A DNA stretch of 64,000 nucleotides from an uncultured delta proteobacterium (GTDB lineage: Bacteria; Myxococcota_A; UBA9160; SZUA-336): the NCBI GenBank assembly GCA_963704165.1, contig CAVPHD010000001.1:224001-288000 (forward strand). The letters are read 5' to 3'. The position numbers were made by a program, and so were the translations under genes. The notes under the pieces are model-generated. The model searched no databases and was not told the origin of the DNA. It saw only the letters and a program-made list of their open reading frames with translations. Numbering within the stretch: position 1 is the first letter of the stretch; every line of letters starts with the position of its first letter. Shown here one piece after another: positions 58,057-64,000 of the stretch.

Positions 58057-58144
58057 TGGCGGAGAGAGTGGGATTCGAACCCACGGTACCTTTCGGTACA
58101 CACGCTTTCCAAGCGTGCGCCTTCGACCGCTCGGCCATCTCTCC
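58057..58144 (-). tRNA. tRNA-Ser (anticodon GGA)
   Basis: GGAGAGA acceptor; anticodon arm CACGC-TTGGAAA-GCGTG; long variable arm GTACC-GAAA-GGTAC; encoded CCA; 88 nt. Confidence 0.96.
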
Positions 58145-58186
58145 TTGGGAAGTCGCTGTCGCTTTGAAGTCGCTACCGGGAAGGAC

Positions 58187-58276
58187 TGGCGGAGAGGGAG
58201 GGATTCGAACCCTCGATACAGTTTCCCGTATGCAGGTTTAGCAAACCTGTGCCTTCGGCCACTCGGCCACCTCTCC
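58187..58276 (-). tRNA. tRNA-Ser (anticodon GCT)
   Basis: GGAGAGG acceptor; anticodon arm CAGGT-TTGCTAA-ACCTG; long variable arm; encoded CCA; 90 nt. Confidence 0.96.
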
Positions 58277-58395
58277 GCGGCGTCCCCGCGGGCGGCGGCG
58301 ATGATGCCGAGGCCGGGCGTCCATGACAACCCCTCGAATCGGCGGGGAAAGGACGGCCGCACGCGGGCGGGGCACGACGTCGGGGACGTCGTCGT

Positions 58396-60327
58396 CTAGG
58401 GCGGGAGCGCCGGGCCGCAGGATTGCGCGAGCCCCGGCGGGGAGCTGTCGAGATCGCGCTCCAGGACCGCCCAGTCGTCGACCCGGCAATCGCTGCCCGC
58501 GGGCGCCGCGGCGCCGATCACGTTGCAGCGCGACAGCCCCGCGGGCGGCGACGTGGGGTCGGCGAGCCAGGCCCGGACCAGATCGGCGTCGATGCTGCTG
58601 ATGAGACCATCGCCGCTGACGTCGCCGCACTGGCAGGCGTCGCCGATTCCGTCGCCGTTCGCGTCGAGCTGGGCGGGATCGGGCGTGAACGGGCAACGGT
58701 CGAAGGCGTCCTGAACGCCGTCTCCGTCCACGTCGGGCCCGGGCGGGAGCGCGGGCGCGACGAGCTTTCCCCAGCCGTAAGTGTCGTCGTGGCCGACGTC
58801 GCCGACGTCCTCCGCGGCGGCAATCAGCGTGGCGCGAAGCTGCAGATTCGTGAACAGCGAGTTCTGGCCGAGCATCAGCGCGGCGGCGCCCGCGACGACC
58901 GGCGCAGCGAACGACGTGCCGCGTACGTTCGGCCGCGTCAGACTGTCGGTTCGATCCGGCGCGACCATCTCCGGCTTGGGTCGGCCGTCGTTGGTCGGGC
59001 CCCGACTCGAGAGCGACTCGATCGTCGGTGGCGACAAATCCCAGCCCGCGTAGTCGACGGCGCCGACGGCGAACGCTCCGTGCGCGACGGCAGGGTCGAC
59101 CATGCTCGATGCGACCACGCGGTGCTCGAAAGCGATCGTCACGTTGCTGCTGACGATGGTCATGTCGAACCCCGGCGGCGGCGCGGCTCCGGCCCGGCGC
59201 CGCACGCGCACCTGGTACGGCTCCTCCGAGGAGACGCGCGTGTAGCAGGCGTACTCCGCGGGCGGCTGCCCGCCGCCGCTGCTCTGCGTCGTCGTGCTCG
59301 AGCCCACGGCCACGCCACCCGCCGAGTAGATGTACAGATCGAGATCGGTCGCGGGCGTGCCGCCGTACTGGTTCCAGTTCAGCGTCAGGCAGGCCTGCGC
59401 GCCGACGGCGACCTCCTGGACCAGGTCGAGGCCAAAGTCGTCTGGCGCGAAGAAATGCCAGCGATTCGCGTCCTCACCGAGCCAGCCCCCGCGCCAGTGA
59501 CGGTACCCCCAGTTGCCGCCGCCCACGGTCCAGAAGACGCCGTGCGCGTCGTGCGAGGTGTTGATCAGCGTGCTGATCGGGCCGCTGTCGTCGTAGTAGC
59601 TCGCGCCGAACCAGTTCACCGAGAGGTTCGCGATCCGGATGCCGTTCGTGTTCACGTAGTCGACGGCGTTCTCGAAATCGACGTCGTCCTCGAACAAGAT
59701 CAGGTGCAGGCGCGCGCCGGGCGCCATGTCGGCGACCTGCTCGGCGACGGCGGTTCCGTGCGACGTATTCGCCTCGATCCCGCCGCCGACGAGATCGATC
59801 GGGATCGCGTTCGCGGGGATCTCGCCCAGGCTCTTCGCCTCGGCGAGCCGCCAGAAGCCGAGATCGACCACGGCCACGTCCACGCCCGCGCCGATGTGTC
59901 CCGCCGTCTGCAGCGTCGAGCCGCCGACCAGAGCGACCGACTCCGAGACGATCGAGCCCGCGCCGTCGACGGGAATCGGGATCAACGGAAAACGCAGCAC
60001 GCCGATCCCGGTCATTTCCGCGACGCGCGCCAGCACCGCGGGTGGGCCCGAGATGCGTACGCGTGAACGGGATCTGCCGTCGATCCGCGCACCGAGTGCG
60101 CGGATGCGCGCGAGCGGCAGGTCATCGACCGTGAACCCGGACGGTGGCTCGGCGATCAGGCGCAATTCACCCGGTCGCGCGCGCGGGCTCGCGGACTGCG
60201 CCCGCAGAGCGGCCTGCGCCGCGCCCGGGTCGGCGAGCGCGCGCGCGAGCGCGGGCTCGACGCGCGGAGGACGAGGCACCTGCGCCCAGGCCGAGCCCGC
60301 CCACAGGCACGCAACCAGCGCGAGCAA
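58396..60327 (-). CDS. Secreted S8 (subtilisin-like) serine peptidase with TSP3-like and dockerin-like calcium-binding C-terminus
   Basis: Triad VAVVDLG, SHGTAVA and GTSFAAPVVAG; signal ending AWA-Q; DVDGDGVQDAFDRCP...DANGDGIGDACQCGDVSGDG; start TTG 60327, or GTG 60405 inside the tRNA. Confidence 0.9.
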   Translation of the reverse strand: MLALVACLWAGSAWAQVPRPPRVEPALARALADPGAAQAALRAQSASPRARPGELRLIAEPPSGFTVDDLPLARIRALGARIDGRSRSRVRISGPPAVLARVAEMTGIGVLRFPLIPIPVDGAGSIVSESVALVGGSTLQTAGHIGAGVDVAVVDLGFWRLAEAKSLGEIPANAIPIDLVGGGIEANTSHGTAVAEQVADMAPGARLHLILFEDDVDFENAVDYVNTNGIRIANLSVNWFGASYYDDSGPISTLINTSHDAHGVFWTVGGGNWGYRHWRGGWLGEDANRWHFFAPDDFGLDLVQEVAVGAQACLTLNWNQYGGTPATDLDLYIYSAGGVAVGSSTTTQSSGGGQPPAEYACYTRVSSEEPYQVRVRRRAGAAPPPGFDMTIVSSNVTIAFEHRVVASSMVDPAVAHGAFAVGAVDYAGWDLSPPTIESLSSRGPTNDGRPKPEMVAPDRTDSLTRPNVRGTSFAAPVVAGAAALMLGQNSLFTNLQLRATLIAAAEDVGDVGHDDTYGWGKLVAPALPPGPDVDGDGVQDAFDRCPFTPDPAQLDANGDGIGDACQCGDVSGDGLISSIDADLVRAWLADPTSPPAGLSRCNVIGAAAPAGSDCRVDDWAVLERDLDSSPPGLAQSCGPALPP

Positions 60328-60331
60328 CGCA

Positions 60332-60419
60332 TGGCGGAGAGGGAGGGATTCGAACCCCCGGACGCTTCCGCGCCTGCGGTTTTCAAGACCGCCGCCTTCG
60401 ACCACTCGGCCACCTCTCC
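60332..60419 (-). tRNA. tRNA-Ser (anticodon TGA)
   Basis: GGAGAGG acceptor; anticodon arm GCGGT-CTTGAAA-ACCGC; variable arm GGCGC-GGAA-GCGTC; encoded CCA; 88 nt. Confidence 0.96.
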
Positions 60420-60529
60420 ACGTCCCAGACTACCGCAAGCGCCGCCACAGATCGGACCTACCGCATGACCGAGCGACTCCGTAGAATGGCCCAACCCAGC
60501 GGCGCGCCGCAAGAAAAAGGGTCTTCGTC

Positions 60530-61797
60530 GTGCTCGAGCTGCGCTTCATCATCGAGAATCTCGACACGGTTCGGACGAACTGCGCCGCGCGCAATGTCTC
60601 GGTCGACCTCGATCGGCTCGTGGCGCTCGACGAGCGGCGCCGGGCGCTGATCGTCGAGCAGCAATCGGTACAGGAACGCCGAAATTCGCTCGCGCGCGAG
60701 ATCAAGGGGCGCAAGCCGAGCGATGCGGAGCGCAATCTCGGCAAGGAGCTGAAGGAACGCGAGGGCGCGCTCGAGAGCGATCTCGCGACCGTGCGCGACG
60801 AGCTCACGGCGCTGCAGGTGCAGGTTCCCAACCTGACCCACCCCGACGTGCCCTCCGGCGCGACGGATGCGGAGAATCACGAGCTACGCGTGATCGGAAA
60901 GCCGCCCGCGTTCGGGTTCACGCCGCTCGACCACGTCGAGCTCGCCGAGAAGCACGATCTGATCGACTTCGAGGCGGGCGCGAAGGTCGCGGGGCAGAAG
61001 TTCTACTTCCTGAAGAACGAGATGGTCCTGCTCGAGCACGCGCTCGTGCGCTTTGCGCTCGATCTCCTGCGCCGGCGCGGCTTCACGCTCTTCCAGACGC
61101 CCGACGTCGCGCGCGCCGAGGTCGCGGACGGGCTCGGCTTCAACCCGCGCGGCGCCGAGACCAACATCTACTCGATCGCAAATACGGATCTCGTGCTCGT
61201 CGGCACGGCCGAGATCACGCTCGGCGGGATCCACCACGGCGAGATCCTCGACGAGGCGCGCCTGCCGCTGCGCTACTGCGGGCTCTCGCACTGCTTCCGG
61301 GTCGAGGCCGGCGGCCACGGCCGCGCATCGCGCGGACTGTACCGCGTGCATCAGTTCACCAAGGTTGAGATGTTCGCGATCACGCGGCCCGAGGAATCCG
61401 AGGCGATGCACGCGGAGCTCGTCGCGATCGAGGAAGAGATCTACCGCGCGCTCGAAATCCCGTTCCGCGTCGTCGACGTCTGCGCGCGGTGATCTCGGTG
61501 CGCCCGCGTACCGCAAGTTCGATCTCGAGGCGTGGATGACGTGCTGTCGGCGAGCGCGGCGGCTGGGGCGAGATCACGAGCACGTCGAACTGCACCGACT
61601 ATCAGGCGCGCCGGCTCGGCGTGCGTTACCGCGAGACCGAATCGGGCAAGACACGCTTCTGCCACATGCTGAACGGAACGGCGATCGCGGCGTCGCGCGC
61701 GCCGATCGCGCTGATCGAGAATCACCAGCAGGCCGACGGGTCGATCCGGATTCCCAAGGCGCTCGTTCCGTACACGGGCTTCGACCGGATCGGATGA
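60530..61797 (+). CDS. serS: Serine--tRNA ligase (apparent frameshifts near 61487 and 61545)
   Basis: Coiled-coil N-terminus, [13 protein letters not shown], motif 2 CFRVEAG...[12 protein letters not shown]; then [40 protein letters not shown] and IENHQQADG in shifted frames. Confidence 0.95.
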
Positions 61798-63687
61798 CGA
61801 CCGACGCGCTCGTCCTTGGCACCGCGGGGCACATCGATCACGGCAAGACCACGCTCGTGCGCGCGCTGACCGGGGTCGACTGCGACCGGTTGCCCGAGGA
61901 GAAGGCGCGCGGGATCACGATCGAGCTCGGTTTCGCGCCGCTCGTCCTGCCGTCGGGACTTGAGCTCTCGCTGATCGACGTGCCCGGGCACGAGCGGCTC
62001 GTACACACGATGGTGTCCGGCGCGACCGGAATCGATCTGGTGCTCTTCGTGGTCGCGGCCGACGAGGGCATCATGCCGCAGAGCCGCGAGCACCTGGCGA
62101 TCTGCGACCTGCTCGGGATCGAACGCGGCGTCGTCGCGCTGACCAAGGCCGACGCGGTCGATGCGGACCTGCTCGAGCTCGCGCAGCTCGAGGTGGCGGA
62201 GGAGCTCGAACGCACCTGTCTTTCCGGCGCGCCGATCGTTCCCGTCTCGGCCGTGACCGGGCGCGGCCTCGACGAGCTCCGCGATGCGCTCGAAGTGGCC
62301 GCGCGCGAGGCGCCTGCGCGCACGCTTCGAGACGGACCCGCCTGGCTTCCGGTGGATCGCGCGTTCTCGATGCGCGGCTTCGGCACCGTCGTCACCGGCA
62401 CGCTGCGCGGCGCGCCGCTCGAAGAGGGCCAGAACATCGAGATCTGGCCCGACGACGGACGGACGGCGCGAGCCGCGCGGATCCGCGGGATCCAGCTCCA
62501 CGGCGAAGTCTCGAAGCGCGCGCTGCCGGGCTCGCGCGTCGCTCTGAACCTGCAGGGCGTCGAGGTCGAGAGCGTTCCGCGCGGCAGCATCGTCGCTACA
62601 CCGGACCGTGTCGCGCCTCGCACGCGGCTCGAAGTGGAGCTCCGCCTCCTGCCCGGTGCCCCCGCGCTGAAGACCGGCGCACGCATCGCGCTGCACCTCG
62701 GGACGGCCGAACGCGGCGCGCGCGCGTCGCTGCTCGATCGCGCGGTCCTCGCGCCGGGAGACGCCGCGCTCGTCGAGCTTCGGCTCGAACGCCCGCTCGC
62801 CGCGATCGAAGGCGATCGCTTCGTGATTCGCGGCTATCGCCGGATCAAGAACGCGGGCTGGACCTGGGGAGGCGGGCGAATCCTCGACGCTTCGCCGCGC
62901 CCGGGACGACGAAGACGCGCGGACCGGGCCGCGGATCTCGCGCTCGCCGCCGCGGGCGACCGCGTTGCGTGGCTCCGAGCGCGGCTCGCGCGGGCGGGCT
63001 GGCGCGGGCAGACCCGCGCAGAGCTGCTCCGCGAGCTGCGCTCACTCGACCGACTCGAGGGTGTGCGGGTGTCGGCCGACCACTGGCTCGACCCGACGGC
63101 GTTCGCCGAGCTGCGCACGGCAGCGCTTCGCGCCGTGCGCGCGCACCACGCCGACACGCCCACCGACGCCTTCGCGGGATTCGCGCAGGTACGGGCGCGC
63201 GTCGCGACGCTGGCCGCCGACGACGCGCTTCGCGCCGCGCTCGACGCCGACCGCGCGCGAAGGCGTGCTCGAAGCGACGCCGAGCGGCTGGCGCTGGCCC
63301 GGACATCGCGCGCACGCGAGCGACTCCGGGCTCGCGATCGAGCTCGTGAAGCGCCTCGAAGCAGCCGGGCTCGCACCCGACACGCTCGATGTGCTCGCGC
63401 GAGAGCTCGGCTGCGAGCTGCGCGAGCTGCGCTCGGTCTGCGAGCACCTGGTGCGCGAGAAGAAGCTCGTGCGCGTCTCGTCGGAAATGTTCTTCGACGC
63501 GGGCGCCGTCGCCGCGCTGCGCGAGCGCGTCGTCGCGTACCTGCGCGCGAACTCGCAGATCGACCCGGCCGCCTACAAAGGGCTCACGGGACAGAGCCGG
63601 AAGCACACCGTGCCGCTGATGGAGTACTTCGACGCCGAGAAGCTCACGACGCGGCGCGAGAACGTGCGCGTGCTGCGCGCACCCTGA
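61794..63687 (+). CDS. selB: Selenocysteine-specific translation elongation factor (apparent frameshift near 63250)
   Basis: [47 protein letters not shown] and [17 protein letters not shown]-terminal winged helix [17 protein letters not shown] overlap with serS. Confidence 0.95.
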
Positions 63688-63705
63688 GCTGCGCGCGGGC
63701 CGGGG

Positions 63706-64000
63706 TTACGCCGCGAAGAGGCGTTCGCAGCCGGTGCCGTCGAGCACGGCGTCGAGCGTGCGGCGGTCGTCGGGTGCGAGCGCGTCGCGGCCCTCGCGCA
63801 GCCACTGCAGGCATTTCGCCTGGTACGGAAATACCTGCTGAGTCCAGGGCCGGCCATCGATCGAGCACTCGAACTCGGTCTTTCCGTGTGCGCGCGCCTC
63901 GGCGTTCGCGAGCAGGAACGGCGTATAGACGCGCCCCACCTCGGCGAGCAGCGCGCGCAGGGTCGCGGGAATCCGGTCACGCGTGACCCAGTCGTCCTCC
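63706..64000 (-). CDS. Glutathione S-transferase-like protein, 3' part only; enters from the window edge
   Basis: Open frame to the edge: PATLRALLAEVGRVYTPFLLANA...IDGRPWTQQVFPYQAKCLQWLR...LDGTGC. Confidence 0.65.
   Translation of the reverse strand, partial: EDDWVTRDRIPATLRALLAEVGRVYTPFLLANAEARAHGKTEFECSIDGRPWTQQVFPYQAKCLQWLREGRDALAPDDRRTLDAVLDGTGCERLFAA

Noticed and set aside
58187..60357. 26-bp direct repeat (tggcggagagggagggattcgaaccc at 58187-58212 and 60332-60357) flanking the S8 gene, resembling attL/attR of a tRNA-integrated island
   Set aside because: Both copies are the 3' ends of complete, different tRNA-Ser isoacceptors, and there is no integrase or other mobility gene
60332..60419. 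tRNA near selB as a possible tRNA-Sec (selC)
   Set aside because: The anticodon is TGA (Ser), not TCA, and it has a standard 7-bp acceptor stem
61488..61495. In-frame TGA in serS next to selB as a possible selenocysteine codon
   Set aside because: The conserved sequence ([12 protein letters not shown]) continues in another frame, so this is a frameshift and not UGA readthrough

Overview
Very GC-rich bacterial chromosomal segment with about 60 CDS. Gene content (DUF1302/DUF1329 pair, CoA-transferases, TSP3/dockerin-like S8 protease, class III cyclases) suggests an uncultured Myxococcota/deltaproteobacterium-like organism; this is an inference. Most genes encode lipid/aromatic catabolism, transport, envelope or signalling functions. 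No CRISPR array, integrase, transposase or phage gene is visible. The right end holds a serine/selenocysteine translation locus: tRNA-Arg with the rare GCG anticodon, three tRNA-Ser genes (GGA, GCT, TGA) with an S8 protease gene abutting or overlapping tRNA-Ser(TGA), and a divergent serS-selB operon. Other notable items: (1) an Lpp/OprI-like lipoprotein operon with both an attaching-type and a detaching-type L,D-transpeptidase, the latter lacking its own start codon and signal peptide; (2) a Cpx-like module with a CpxR-type box and flanking hairpins; (3) two non-canonical class III nucleotide cyclases; (4) a PAS-PAS/metallo-beta-lactamase pair; (5) an internally deleted dehalogenase-like gene; (6) a recurring leaderless-promoter signature. 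Many single-base frameshifts, including in essential serS, are most likely long-read consensus errors. All calls come from motif recognition by eye; no database searches were run.
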